Source: Candidatus Omnitrophota bacterium
GTDB lineage: Bacteria > Omnitrophota > Gorgyraeia > Pluralincolimonadales > Pluralincolimonadaceae
DNA: 64,000 nucleotides
Assembly: GCA_028716565.1 (NCBI GenBank)
Contig: JAQUPL010000002.1
Span: forward strand, 96,670 to 160,669
Direction of reading: 5' to 3'
Shown: piece by piece, positions 28,115-37,695 of the stretch
Layout of the letters: every line of letters starts with the position of its first letter
How positions within the stretch are numbered: position 1 is the first letter of the stretch
Translations under genes and position numbers: made by a program
Notes under the pieces: model-generated
Seen by the model: the letters and a program-made list of their open reading frames with translations, nothing else
Told to the model about the DNA's origin: nothing
The model's database searches: none

Positions 28115-28257
28115 AGCAATGTCATAAACACGTGTCGAAGCGTACACCGCAGCACATGCTTCCGAAAATAAATCGCAACCTTTTGAATAGAGCATTAGTT
28201 TAATCCGTGGATAAACACGTTTCGACGAAAGGTAACTAAAAAAGGAGGAGGTGGAAG

Positions 28258-28935
28258 ATGGGAAAGTTTTTGTTAGTGGTATTGGTAGCGTTAATGTTAG
28301 CGTTACCAACGATGGCCCAAGCTGCTCCTGCGATATCTTCTTGGCCGGGCTACGTTTATAAAGATGGCGGCTATGCCGGAAACCTGTATTCGCCATCGGG
28401 ATGGATGGGTCAGCACTCAGCCATGAGTTTAGCCGTTACCACGAGTTCTTCTGAAACGGCTGTCAGCGGCACATCAACCAAGATAAGTTTTACATCCGGT
28501 ACCTCGGCTTCAGAGTGGACCGGTGTCTATTGGCTGTCGCCTGACGGCAACTGGGGTAGTGACGCTAACGGCGGTTGGAATTTGACCGGCGCGGGCAATA
28601 TGACGTTCTGGGCAAAAGGCGCTGTCGGCGGAGAGAAGATGGAATTCAAGATAGGCGGTATCGCCGGGGATTACGGGGATACGCTGGCCGGTATGACGCA
28701 GACGGTTACTCTCGCTCCTGTCTGGACGCAGTATTCTTTCGATTTAACCGGCAAGGATCTAAGCCGTGTGGTCGGCGGTTTTGAATTTGCCGCCAACGAT
28801 ACCGATAACCCGACCGGCGCTACATTCTACGTCGATGACGTTCAATACAACGCCGTTCCTGAACCTGCGAGCCTGTTACTGCTCGGCAGCGGTTTAGTAG
28901 GGTTAGTTGGTTTGACAAAAAAGAGAAAAGCGTAA
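28258..28935 (+). CDS. PEP-CTERM sorting-domain protein (secreted, Gly/Ser/Thr-rich)
   Basis: Signal peptide. C-terminal VPEPASLLLLGSGLVGLVGLTKKRKA is a complete PEP-CTERM signal: the PEP motif, a TM helix and a basic tail. Confidence 0.85.
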   Translation: MGKFLLVVLVALMLALPTMAQAAPAISSWPGYVYKDGGYAGNLYSPSGWMGQHSAMSLAVTTSSSETAVSGTSTKISFTSGTSASEWTGVYWLSPDGNWGSDANGGWNLTGAGNMTFWAKGAVGGEKMEFKIGGIAGDYGDTLAGMTQTVTLAPVWTQYSFDLTGKDLSRVVGGFEFAANDTDNPTGATFYVDDVQYNAVPEPASLLLLGSGLVGLVGLTKKRKA

Positions 28936-29026
28936 GTAAGTAGGTTATAGTTAGTGTAGGGGGACGAAGAGGGCTTCCATATTCCGCTCCAGGTAGATGG
29001 GAGCCCTCTTTATTACTTCATACTTT

Positions 29027-30097
29027 ATGAAAATAAACTATTTAAGTCTTACAGCAGCCTTATTTATTTTACTCTATGCGCCGGCCGTTTCCGCGGAAAC
29101 GGAGATCGGCGCTTTCGTGGGTAATGAAGACCACATGATGCCGTCCGCTGCCGAGGTCCAAAATTTCGAGAACCTCACCGGAAGGCACGTCAATAGCGTC
29201 CTGGTCTATTGGGCGTGGAATGACGGCGATTTCCCGGCGCAGAGCCTCAATAGCGGGGTCAGGTTCCATGACGGGTACGATACCAAGACATCGATAAATT
29301 TTACATGGGAACCATGGTCAAGGCTGGGCGGAAATGACAGCACCTTCCCCATGGACAGGATAATAAATGGCGATTTTGATCCTTATATCACTAAATTCGC
29401 GATAGACAGCCGCGTTTGGGCCGATCCGATAAGGATGCGTTTCGCTCACGAGATGATACAGGATAACGATCCGGCTACGCCGGGTTGGTATCCGTGGCAG
29501 GACAAGCCCGCAGAGTACGTCCAGGCATTCAACCATGTACGCGATATATTCAAGAAAGAGGGGGCAAATAACGTCGAGTTTGTCTGGTGCCCGAATAACT
29601 ACCCGTTCGATCCCACGGTGTTAGCGCAATATTATCCCGGGAAGGAAAACGTCGATTGGCTTGGGATAGACGGCTATAATTCCGGGGAAGACGGCGATCC
29701 CGAATGGCCCTATTGGCAGAATATCGATGATATATTTTATGTGATGTACAACGCCTTTAAGAATAACCCGGAGCTGTTCGGCGACAAGCCGATAATGCTC
29801 GGCGAATTCGCCTCTGTCGAGGGAAATCAATTAGACGGCGGGAGCAAGGCGCAATGGATAGCCCAGGCTTTTAGCAGGCTCAAGCAGTCCTATCCGGATA
29901 TAGACGCTTTTTATTGGTTCGACAAGCTGAAAGAGGCGGATTGGCGGATAGATTCTTCCCCCGAAAGCCTGGCGGCTTTTCAGTTAGCGATGCAAGACCC
30001 GTATTATACCTCCCACGCCGTTCCCGAGCCCGCAAGCCTGCTTTTGCTTGGTACGGGCCTTTTAGCGTTATTTTCTCCCTTATTTCCCCTTGACTAA
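29027..30097 (+). CDS. PEP-CTERM-anchored glycoside hydrolase, GH26-like (tentative family)
   Basis: Signal peptide MKINYLSLTAALFILLYAPAVSA. RFAHEM and WCPN / IMLGEF resemble the GH26 catalytic acid and nucleophile regions. Ends in VPEPASLLLLGTGLLALFSPLFPLD. Start set at ATG 29027, after the terminator-like hairpin. Confidence 0.7.
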   Translation: MKINYLSLTAALFILLYAPAVSAETEIGAFVGNEDHMMPSAAEVQNFENLTGRHVNSVLVYWAWNDGDFPAQSLNSGVRFHDGYDTKTSINFTWEPWSRLGGNDSTFPMDRIINGDFDPYITKFAIDSRVWADPIRMRFAHEMIQDNDPATPGWYPWQDKPAEYVQAFNHVRDIFKKEGANNVEFVWCPNNYPFDPTVLAQYYPGKENVDWLGIDGYNSGEDGDPEWPYWQNIDDIFYVMYNAFKNNPELFGDKPIMLGEFASVEGNQLDGGSKAQWIAQAFSRLKQSYPDIDAFYWFDKLKEADWRIDSSPESLAAFQLAMQDPYYTSHAVPEPASLLLLGTGLLALFSPLFPLD

Positions 30098-30118
30098 AAA
30101 CCCTCTAATCGGCTATAA
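30090..30118 (+). promoter_or_regulatory. sigma70 promoter for tRNA-Val/thrS
   Basis: TTGACT (30090-30095), a 17-nt spacer, then TATAAT (30113-30118). A hairpin GGCTTACCC/GGGTAAGCC at 30135-30167 lies in the leader. Confidence 0.55.
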
Positions 30119-30189
30119 TCTAGCTTCACACGTGGGCTTACCCATTAGTATCTACTAGAGGGTAAGCCATGGGTGGATTATGTTTAAGT

Positions 30190-30266
30190 GGGCTTATAGC
30201 TCAGTTGGTTAGAGCGCTTCCTTGACATGGAAGAGGTCAGAGGTTCGAGTCCTCTTAGGCCCACCA
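30190..30266 (+). tRNA. tRNA-Val (GAC)
   Basis: Acceptor stem GGGCTTA/TAGGCCC, D-arm GCTCAGTTGGTTAGAGC, anticodon loop CUUGACAU, T-arm GGTTCGAGTCC and an encoded CCA. Confidence 0.9.
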
Positions 30267-30280
30267 TTTTACCGTAAACC

Positions 30281-31993
30281 ATGGAACAGGATACCTTAAG
30301 ACATTCTACGTCACATATCATGGCCCAGGCCGTAAAAAGGCTGTTTCCGGGCGTCAAACTGGCTATAGGACCGGCCATAGAGGACGGTTTTTACTATGAT
30401 TTTGACGTCCCACAGCCGTTTTTGGAAGAGGACCTTCCCAGGATCGAGGCCGAGATGGCCAAGATCATAAAGGAGAATTATAAGTTCGAAAAGTCCCTCC
30501 TGAAGAAAGAAGAGGCGCTTAAGCTATTCGAGAAGATGGGCGAGCCGTATAAGGTCGAGCTCATCAGGGAGATCCAGGATAGCGAAGTTACGATATACAA
30601 GAACGGGGACCTTACTGATCTTTGCAGGGGCCCGCACATTGATTCCACCGGCCAGGTCAAGGCGTTCAAGCTGCTTTCCATAGCCGGCGCATACTGGCGC
30701 GGCGATGAGAAGAACAAGATGCTTCAGAGGATATATGGGACCGTTTTTGAGACCAAGGCCGAGTTGGATGCCTATGTCGCGAAACTCGAAGAAGCGAAAA
30801 AACGCGACCACAGGAAATTAGGGAAAGAGCTTGAGCTTTTCATGATGGACGAGAAGGCCGGCGCCGGGCTTGTGATATACCAGCCGAAAGGCGCAATGCT
30901 CCGCACCATAATCGAGGACTGGGAAAAGAAGGAGCATTTAAAGCGCGGCTACCAGATCGTCATCGGCCCGCATATGCTCAAGTCGGATATCTGGGTGGAG
31001 TCGGGCCACTACGGATATTACAAAGAGAATATGTACATCTTCCAGGTCGAGGGGCAGGAATACGCGATAAAACCAATGAACTGCCCGGCGCATATCCTGA
31101 TATACAGGTCGAAGACGAGGAGCTATAAGGACCTGCCGATAAGATATTTTGAATTGGGTTCCGTGTATAGATATGAGAAGTCGGGCGTCCTTCACGGCCT
31201 TTTGAGGGTCCGCGGCTTTACCCAGGACGACGCCCATATATTCTGCCTGCGCGAACAGGCCGTTGACGAGATAAAGGGCGTCATAGATTTCGTGATGGAT
31301 GCCTTGAAGGTCTTCGGGTTTGCCGATTTCGAGATAGAACTTTCCACTAAACCGGACAAGTGCATAGGCACCGACGAAGATTGGGAACTCGCGACGAACG
31401 CCCTGGTCGCAGCCCTGAAATCAAAGGGCCTGGCTTATAATGTGCATGAAAAAGAAGGGGCGTTCTACGGGCCTAAGATAGACATCAAGTTAAAAGACGC
31501 CTTGGGCAGGGCGTGGCAATGCGCGACGATACAATGTGATTTCGCGTTGCCGCAAAGGTTTAAGATCTCTTATGTAGGCCCGGACGGAAAGGAATATACC
31601 CCGATAATGCTGCACCGGGTAATACTCGGCTCTATGGAAAGATTTTTGGGGGCCCTGATAGAGCATTACGGAGGGGCTTTTCCGGTATGGCTTTCTCCGG
31701 TCCAAGCTGTTATAATACCGATTGCGGACGAACACAAGGATTACGCGAAGAAGGTTGAAGAGGAACTCCGAAATAGCGATATACGGGTCGAGATCGATGA
31801 CAAGAACGCCAGGATGCAGCATAAGATAAGGGAAGCGGAAACGCAGAAGGTCCCTTATATGCTCATCGTAGGCGGGAAAGAAGCCCAGACCGAAAGCGTT
31901 TCCGTTAGGGAGCGGGGCAAAGGCGACCTTGGGCCGATGAAACTCAGCGAATTTATCGGTAAGATAGCGGACGAAATAAACGGCAAAAAATAA
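30281..31993 (+). CDS. thrS: threonine--tRNA ligase (no N-terminal TGS domain)
   Basis: Editing-domain HSTSH, class II aaRS core motifs and a C-terminal anticodon-binding domain. An in-frame stop lies 2 codons upstream of the ATG, so the N-terminal TGS domain is absent. Confidence 0.9.
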   Translation: MEQDTLRHSTSHIMAQAVKRLFPGVKLAIGPAIEDGFYYDFDVPQPFLEEDLPRIEAEMAKIIKENYKFEKSLLKKEEALKLFEKMGEPYKVELIREIQDSEVTIYKNGDLTDLCRGPHIDSTGQVKAFKLLSIAGAYWRGDEKNKMLQRIYGTVFETKAELDAYVAKLEEAKKRDHRKLGKELELFMMDEKAGAGLVIYQPKGAMLRTIIEDWEKKEHLKRGYQIVIGPHMLKSDIWVESGHYGYYKENMYIFQVEGQEYAIKPMNCPAHILIYRSKTRSYKDLPIRYFELGSVYRYEKSGVLHGLLRVRGFTQDDAHIFCLREQAVDEIKGVIDFVMDALKVFGFADFEIELSTKPDKCIGTDEDWELATNALVAALKSKGLAYNVHEKEGAFYGPKIDIKLKDALGRAWQCATIQCDFALPQRFKISYVGPDGKEYTPIMLHRVILGSMERFLGALIEHYGGAFPVWLSPVQAVIIPIADEHKDYAKKVEEELRNSDIRVEIDDKNARMQHKIREAETQKVPYMLIVGGKEAQTESVSVRERGKGDLGPMKLSEFIGKIADEINGKK

Positions 31994-32007
31994 AAGGGGG
32001 TGATCGT

Positions 32008-32523
32008 ATCCAGTTTCAGGCAAAATCTATCAGGGTAAATGATAGAATCAGGATACGCGAGGTGATGGTCATCGGTGAAGACGGCGGACAACTCGGCGTG
32101 ATGGCTCCGGAAGAAGGTTTAAAACTCGCGCAGCAGGCAGGATTGGATCTGGTAGAAATAGCGCCGACGGCAAGGCCGCCGGTATGCAGGATAATGGACT
32201 TCTCCAAATTTAAATACGAGCAGGAGAAGAAAGAAAAGGAAGCCAGGAAGAAGCAGCATGCCACCCAGCTCAAAGAGATAAGGCTCAAGCCCAAGATCGG
32301 CGACCACGATTACCAGGTGAAAGTGGGTTTCATAAAGAAATTCCTTGAGCATAAAGACAAAGTAAAGGTAACGCTCATATTCCGCGGGAGAGAGATGGCG
32401 CATCCCGAACTCGGCAACAAGGTGCTCGAGAGATTGAAGGCCGACATAGCCGATGTGGCGCAGATAGAAAAACCGCCGCTCAGGGAGGGACGCGCAATAA
32501 TAATGATCGTCGCCCCTAAATAG
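32008..32523 (+). CDS. infC: translation initiation factor IF-3 (predicted non-AUG AUC start)
   Basis: KSIRVNDRIRIREVMVIGEDGGQLGV...PPVCRIMDF aligns to the E. coli IF3 N-domain. These conserved residues lie upstream of the first GTG/ATG, and the frame is open back to ATC 32008, which is preceded by a GGGGGTG SD at a 6-nt spacing. Confidence 0.8.
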   Translation: MQFQAKSIRVNDRIRIREVMVIGEDGGQLGVMAPEEGLKLAQQAGLDLVEIAPTARPPVCRIMDFSKFKYEQEKKEKEARKKQHATQLKEIRLKPKIGDHDYQVKVGFIKKFLEHKDKVKVTLIFRGREMAHPELGNKVLERLKADIADVAQIEKPPLREGRAIIMIVAPK

Positions 32524-32551
32524 ATAATCAGTTTCGAAGGAGGAACCGTTA

Positions 32552-32749
32552 ATGCCTAAAATGAAGACACGCAAAGGAATTGCTAAAAGGTTCAAGGTAA
32601 CCAAAAGACGCAAGGTCTTGAGGCATAAAGGCGGCAAGGGCCACCTGTTAGGCCACAAGACGAAGAAGAGGAAGAGGGCGCTCCGGAGAGCGACCCTTGT
32701 AAGCAAACACGAGCGCAAGAAGATATTAAAGCTTCTGCCTTACGCGTAA
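32552..32749 (+). CDS. rpmI: 50S ribosomal protein L35
   Basis: MPKMKTRKGIAKRFKVTKRRKVLRHKGGK... is a highly basic 65-aa bL35. Confidence 0.9.
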   Translation: MPKMKTRKGIAKRFKVTKRRKVLRHKGGKGHLLGHKTKKRKRALRRATLVSKHERKKILKLLPYA

Positions 32750-32776
32750 AATCATCAGTAGAAGGAGAGAACAGAA

Positions 32777-33130
32777 ATGCCTAAGTCGAAGTATTTGCCG
32801 GCAAAAAGACAACGCAGGAAGAAGGTCCTAAAAGCAGCCAAGGGATATTTCCTCGGCCGCTCGAAATTATACAAGAAGGCCATCGAGACCGTCAGAAGGG
32901 CGATGGTCTACGCTTACCGCGACAGGAAGGCCTATAAACGCGAGATGCGCGCTCTCTGGGTTGTGAGGATAAATGCCGCGTGCAGGAACAACGGCATAAC
33001 GTATTCTAAGTTCATAAACGGCCTCAAAAAGCTGAAGATCGACCTCGACAGGAAGATCCTCTCCGATATGGCCGCGAACGACCACCCCGCTTTCGCGAAA
33101 CTGGTTGAAGAAGTAAGCAAAGCAAAATAA
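32777..33130 (+). CDS. rplT: 50S ribosomal protein L20
   Basis: [39 protein letters not shown] is bL20. Lies in the conserved infC-rpmI-rplT operon. Confidence 0.9.
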   Translation: MPKSKYLPAKRQRRKKVLKAAKGYFLGRSKLYKKAIETVRRAMVYAYRDRKAYKREMRALWVVRINAACRNNGITYSKFINGLKKLKIDLDRKILSDMAANDHPAFAKLVEEVSKAK

Positions 33131-34155
33131 TGCTCGATAAGATCAACGCACTCGAGGCCGAAGCAAAAAGCGAGATCAAAGCGGCCGGAGATTCGAAGGC
33201 GCTCGATGATCTTAGGATAAAATACCTGGGCAGGAAAGGCCTGGTCACCGAGTTGCTCGGAGGGATCGCGTCCCTGCCGCCCGAGGAGAAGCCGCGCCTC
33301 GGTAAAGAACTGAACGCCCTGAAGACGCGGCTTGATGAGGCGCTCAGGTCAAGGCAGGCGGAGCTTTCAAGGTCGCCTGTGATACCCTTGGTATTACCGG
33401 GGGATTTCGCGGACCTGACCCTGCCCGGTTTCAGGCCGCCGGCCGGATCGAAACATCCCCTCACAAAGACCATAGACGACATCTGTTCTATCTTCCTCGG
33501 CATGGGTTTCAAGATAGTCGAGGGGCCGGAGATAGAGACCGAGTTCTATAATTTCGAAGCCCTCAATATCGCGCTCGACCACCCTTCGCGCGACGCCTTC
33601 GACACATTCTACATAAAAAACCAGTATCTGCTGCGGAGCCATACATCGCCTGTGCAGGTGAGGTTCATGGAAACGGAGAAACCGCCGTTCAAGATCATCG
33701 TCCCTGGCAGGGTATACCGTCCCGACGCGGTCGACGCGTCGCACTCTTTCATGTTCCACCAGGTCGAAGGCCTTGTCGTGGGCGACGGCGTGACATTCGC
33801 CGACCTCAAGGGCGCGTTAAGCGTATTTTTGAAGGGCTATTTCGGAGCGGATGTTAAAGTCCGGTTCCGCCCCCATTATTTCCCGTTCACCGAGCCGAGC
33901 GCCGAGGTCGATGTCTCGTGCTTCATATGCGGCGGGAAAGGCTGCAGCGTTTGCGGGAGGAAGGGATGGCTCGAGATACTCGGCTGCGGCATGGTCCATC
34001 CGAACGTATTCAAGGCGGTAAAGTATAATCCCGAAAAAGTCACCGGCTTCGCGTTCGGCATGGGAGTCGAGCGCATCGCGATGCTCAAATACGGCATCAA
34101 CGACATGCGCCTTTTCTTCGAGAACGACATGCGCTTTTTAGAACAATTCAAATGA
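33130..34155 (+). CDS. pheS: phenylalanine--tRNA ligase alpha subunit
   Basis: Class II core (FRPHYFPFTEPSAEVDV, GCGMVHPNV). Confidence 0.9.
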   Translation: MLDKINALEAEAKSEIKAAGDSKALDDLRIKYLGRKGLVTELLGGIASLPPEEKPRLGKELNALKTRLDEALRSRQAELSRSPVIPLVLPGDFADLTLPGFRPPAGSKHPLTKTIDDICSIFLGMGFKIVEGPEIETEFYNFEALNIALDHPSRDAFDTFYIKNQYLLRSHTSPVQVRFMETEKPPFKIIVPGRVYRPDAVDASHSFMFHQVEGLVVGDGVTFADLKGALSVFLKGYFGADVKVRFRPHYFPFTEPSAEVDVSCFICGGKGCSVCGRKGWLEILGCGMVHPNVFKAVKYNPEKVTGFAFGMGVERIAMLKYGINDMRLFFENDMRFLEQFK

Positions 34156-34204
34156 CCCCTTCGCAGATGCTCAGGGGTCATCCTGAGCTACCAGGGAGCA
34201 GAGG

Positions 34205-36253
34205 ATGAAGATTTCATATAACTGGTTAAGAGAATATATTAATTTCAGCGCCAAGCCCCAAGACCTGGCGGATAAACTGACCATGGCCGGGCTCGAGATA
34301 AAGGGAATAGAGAGGCAGAACGGCGATTTTATATACGAAGCTGAGATAACCTCGAACAGGCCGGACTGGCTCTGCCTTTACGGGATCGCGCGCGAGATGC
34401 AGGCGCTTTACGGATCAAGGATCAAGCCGGTAAAGGCCGCACCCGCCGGATCCGCGAAGCCAGAAAAACCTTCGATAACTATAGAAGATAAAAAAGGCTG
34501 CGCCAGATATGTAGGTATCATGATCGACGGCGTCCAGCCCGCGCCTTCATCGAAAAGCCTCGCGCAGAAGATAGAGAGCGCCGGGATGCGGCAGGTGAAC
34601 AATGTAGTGGATATAACAAATTTCTGCATGCTTGAATCCGGACAGCCGCTCCACGCCTTCGACTACGATAAATTGGACGGCGGGAAGATAATAGTCAGGA
34701 GGGCGCGCAAAGGCGAGGAGATAACCACCATAGACGGGGTGAAACGCGCGCTCGATGAGAATATCCTCGTCATAGCTGACGTTAAAAAGCCGGTGGCGAT
34801 AGCCGGCATAATGGGCGGCAAGGATACCGAGGTCGGTTTCTCGACGAGGAGGGTCCTCCTTGAGAGCGCGTATTTCGGTCCGGCCCTGATACGCCGGGCC
34901 GCGAAAAAACTCGGGATCTCCAGCGAGGCTTCATATAGGTTTGAAAGGAACGTGGATATCGGCGGGTGCCTGGCCGCGGCCGAGAGGGCGGCATCATTGA
35001 TATGCGAGGCCGCCAAGGCGAAGTCGGTCTCTAAGCCTTCGGATACGGGGGCAAAAGGCCCCGGGGCGGTAAAAATAACGTTAAGGATGCCAAGGGCGAA
35101 TAAGCTGCTCGGGACGGACATACCCGCCTCAAAATGTGCCTCGATACTCAAAAGCCTCGGGCTGGGCGTAAAATCCAAGGGCAAGGACGCGCTAACGGTA
35201 TCGGTCCCTTCTTTCAGGAGAGACCTCAAGGAAGAGGTCGACCTGATAGAAGAGGTATCGCGCATATACGGCTATGATAATATACCGGAGACCCTTTCGA
35301 GGATACAGCTCTGGGGCAAGGGTTCCCAGAAGAGCCGCGACAGGATAATAGAAGAGACGGTAAGGGAGGCCCTGACCGGCGCAGGGTTGGATGAGGCGAT
35401 CACCTACTCGTTAAGGTGCAGGGATCTTTATGTCCAACAGGCGTTGAGCATGACCGACAGCCAGGTATTAAAGGTCCGGAACCCGCTGAGCTCGGAATCG
35501 GAGGCGCTCCGCCCGGTCCTGATATGCGGGATGCTGGATGTCGTCGCGTATAATCTCAACAGGAAGGTCCCGGACGTAAAGATATTCGAGATCGGGAAAT
35601 CCTATTTTTACAAGGGCGGCGACGTGCCGTCCGAAAAAGGGGTTTTAGCGCTCGCCATGTGCGGGATGAAAGAGAAGGATTGGCACAGGAAAGAGGCGGT
35701 CGACATATTCGACCTCAAGGGGATAATAGAAGCGCTTTTTTCGAAACTCGGGATCGCCGGATACGAATTTGAGGTAAAACCGCTTCCCCTCTTCTCGCCG
35801 GCCGCGTCGGCTATCGTGAAGATCGACGGAAAAGAGGCGGGTGTTTTGGGTAAAGTCGACAAGGTGTACCTCGATAAATACGGCATAAAAGGTAACGTAT
35901 TCGTTAGCGAGCTGGCGATCGAGGCGGTATATCCGCACGCCAGGCTTGAACATAAATTCTCAGGGCTCCCGAGATACCCGTCGTCATCGCGGGACATATC
36001 GCTTATAGTCGACGAAAAGGTGTCTAACAAGGATATCGCAGGGACGATAAAAGAGGTTTGCGGCGAACTGGCGGCCGATGTCAGCCCGTTCGACCTTTAC
36101 CGGGGAGAGCAGGTGCCCAAGGGATGCAAGAGCATCCTGTATTCCGTGGAATACAGGTCGCCTGACAGGACCTTGACAGACGAAGAGATCAACTCCCTCG
36201 ACAGGAAGGTCCGCGAGGTGTTGGTCCAGAGATTTAACGCCAAGATACGATAA
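34205..36253 (+). CDS. pheT: phenylalanine--tRNA ligase beta subunit
   Basis: MKISYNWLREYINF start, with B3/B4 and C-terminal FDX-ACB-like regions. At 682 aa it is a short form. Confidence 0.85.
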   Translation: MKISYNWLREYINFSAKPQDLADKLTMAGLEIKGIERQNGDFIYEAEITSNRPDWLCLYGIAREMQALYGSRIKPVKAAPAGSAKPEKPSITIEDKKGCARYVGIMIDGVQPAPSSKSLAQKIESAGMRQVNNVVDITNFCMLESGQPLHAFDYDKLDGGKIIVRRARKGEEITTIDGVKRALDENILVIADVKKPVAIAGIMGGKDTEVGFSTRRVLLESAYFGPALIRRAAKKLGISSEASYRFERNVDIGGCLAAAERAASLICEAAKAKSVSKPSDTGAKGPGAVKITLRMPRANKLLGTDIPASKCASILKSLGLGVKSKGKDALTVSVPSFRRDLKEEVDLIEEVSRIYGYDNIPETLSRIQLWGKGSQKSRDRIIEETVREALTGAGLDEAITYSLRCRDLYVQQALSMTDSQVLKVRNPLSSESEALRPVLICGMLDVVAYNLNRKVPDVKIFEIGKSYFYKGGDVPSEKGVLALAMCGMKEKDWHRKEAVDIFDLKGIIEALFSKLGIAGYEFEVKPLPLFSPAASAIVKIDGKEAGVLGKVDKVYLDKYGIKGNVFVSELAIEAVYPHARLEHKFSGLPRYPSSSRDISLIVDEKVSNKDIAGTIKEVCGELAADVSPFDLYRGEQVPKGCKSILYSVEYRSPDRTLTDEEINSLDRKVREVLVQRFNAKIR

Positions 36254-36357
36254 TGAGGCCATGAGTTACGGAGTGTAAGCGACGCAACTCATAAGGCCGA
36301 ATTATCCCCCAGCGTATTATTCGTTACGGGAATCAGCTGGGGGGTAGAAAGTCATAG

Positions 36358-37695
36358 ATGGTTAATTCCTCCCTGAACAAAGACCTGTTTGAGAAGAAAA
36401 AAAGGGATTCCTCCAAGCCCGAACCTCTCGCCGTAAGGATGAGGCCCCGCGCCCTGAAGGAGTTCACGGGGCAGGGCCATATCATCGGGCCGGGAAAGCT
36501 CCTTACCCGCGCGATAGAAGCGGATACGATAGCGTCGCTCGTGCTTTACGGCCCTCCCGGGACGGGAAAGACGACCCTTGCCCATGTAGTTTCGAACGCC
36601 ACAAAGGCGGAATTCGTCCAATTGAACGCTACGACCTCAAACGTCCAGGAAATGAGGAAGGAGATCGAGGCCGCGAAACAGCGCCGGGCCCTTTACGACA
36701 AGAAGACGATACTCTTCGTCGACGAGATACACAGGTTCAACAAGGCGCAGCAGGACGTACTGATGCCGGACGTCGAAGCGGGCGTCGTGATATTGATAGG
36801 CGCGACGACCTACAACCCCTTCTTCTCGATAGTTGCGCCGCTCATCTCACGTTCACTGGTCTTTGAGTTAAAACCGCTTTCCGAGGCTGATATCACGACG
36901 ATATTGGACAACGCGCTCAAGGACAGGGAGCGCGGGCTCGGCAATATGCCCGTGAAGACAGAAAGCGACGCGCTTAAATTTTTAGCGAAGATCTCCGAGG
37001 GCGACGCGCGACGGGCATTGAACGCCCTGGAGCTTGCGGCCCTTACGACCCCGAAGTCTAAGGACGGGACGATAAATATCACTCTGCAGGCCGCCGAGGA
37101 ATGCATACAGAAGAAGGCCGTCGTATATGACAGGGACGAGGACGGCCATTATGACACCATATCGGCCTTCATAAAATCCATGCGCGGCTCGGATCCCGAC
37201 GCCGCGCTATATTGGCTCGCCAAGATGCTATACGCCGGCGAGGACCCCAGGTTTATCGCGCGCCGCATCGTGATATGCGCGGCGGAGGATGTCGGCCTAG
37301 CCGACCCGCAGGCGATAGTCGTCGCGAACGCGGCATTACAGATATCGGAATTCGTCGGGCTCCCGGAGGCGAAGATACCGCTGGCCGAGGCCACGGTCTA
37401 TATCGCGTGCGCGCCTAAATCGAACTCGGCTTATCTCGGAGTGGAGAAGGCGTTAAAGGACGTCGAGGCTGGAAGGGTCATGGAAGTGCCCGCGCATTTG
37501 AAGGATGCCTCGATGGATTCCGAGGCCCTGGGCCACGGTAAAGGATATAAGTATGCCCACGATTATAAAGGGCATTTCGTCGAGCAGGAATATATGCCCA
37601 AGAAGGCTACTTATTATGAGCCGACGGAGATAGGTTTCGAGAAACAGATCAAGGAACGCATAGAGACATTATGGAAAAGAAGACAAAAGCCATAG
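36358..37695 (+). CDS. rarA: replication-associated recombination protein A (AAA+ ATPase)
   Basis: LYGPPGTGKTTLAHVV, Walker B ILFVDEIHRFNKAQQD and the MgsA C-terminal domain. Confidence 0.85.
   Translation: MVNSSLNKDLFEKKKRDSSKPEPLAVRMRPRALKEFTGQGHIIGPGKLLTRAIEADTIASLVLYGPPGTGKTTLAHVVSNATKAEFVQLNATTSNVQEMRKEIEAAKQRRALYDKKTILFVDEIHRFNKAQQDVLMPDVEAGVVILIGATTYNPFFSIVAPLISRSLVFELKPLSEADITTILDNALKDRERGLGNMPVKTESDALKFLAKISEGDARRALNALELAALTTPKSKDGTINITLQAAEECIQKKAVVYDRDEDGHYDTISAFIKSMRGSDPDAALYWLAKMLYAGEDPRFIARRIVICAAEDVGLADPQAIVVANAALQISEFVGLPEAKIPLAEATVYIACAPKSNSAYLGVEKALKDVEAGRVMEVPAHLKDASMDSEALGHGKGYKYAHDYKGHFVEQEYMPKKATYYEPTEIGFEKQIKERIETLWKRRQKP

Noticed and set aside
28115-28257. c-di-GMP (GEMM) riboswitch in the PEP-CTERM leader
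   Set aside because: By eye the leader lacks the GEMM-I/II conserved tetraloop-receptor and GGCAAACC/CCGGC elements. Kept only as an unexplained repeated motif.
30184-30378. 64-aa minus-strand ORF
   Set aside because: Overlaps tRNA-Val and the thrS start. Artefact.
36254-36357. Inverted repeats after pheT (GAGTT...AACTC; CCCCCAGC...GCTGGGGG with a 22-nt loop)
   Set aside because: There is no downstream U-tract and the loops are long. They may be weak or Rho-dependent termination or processing sites, but this is not supportable as an intrinsic terminator.
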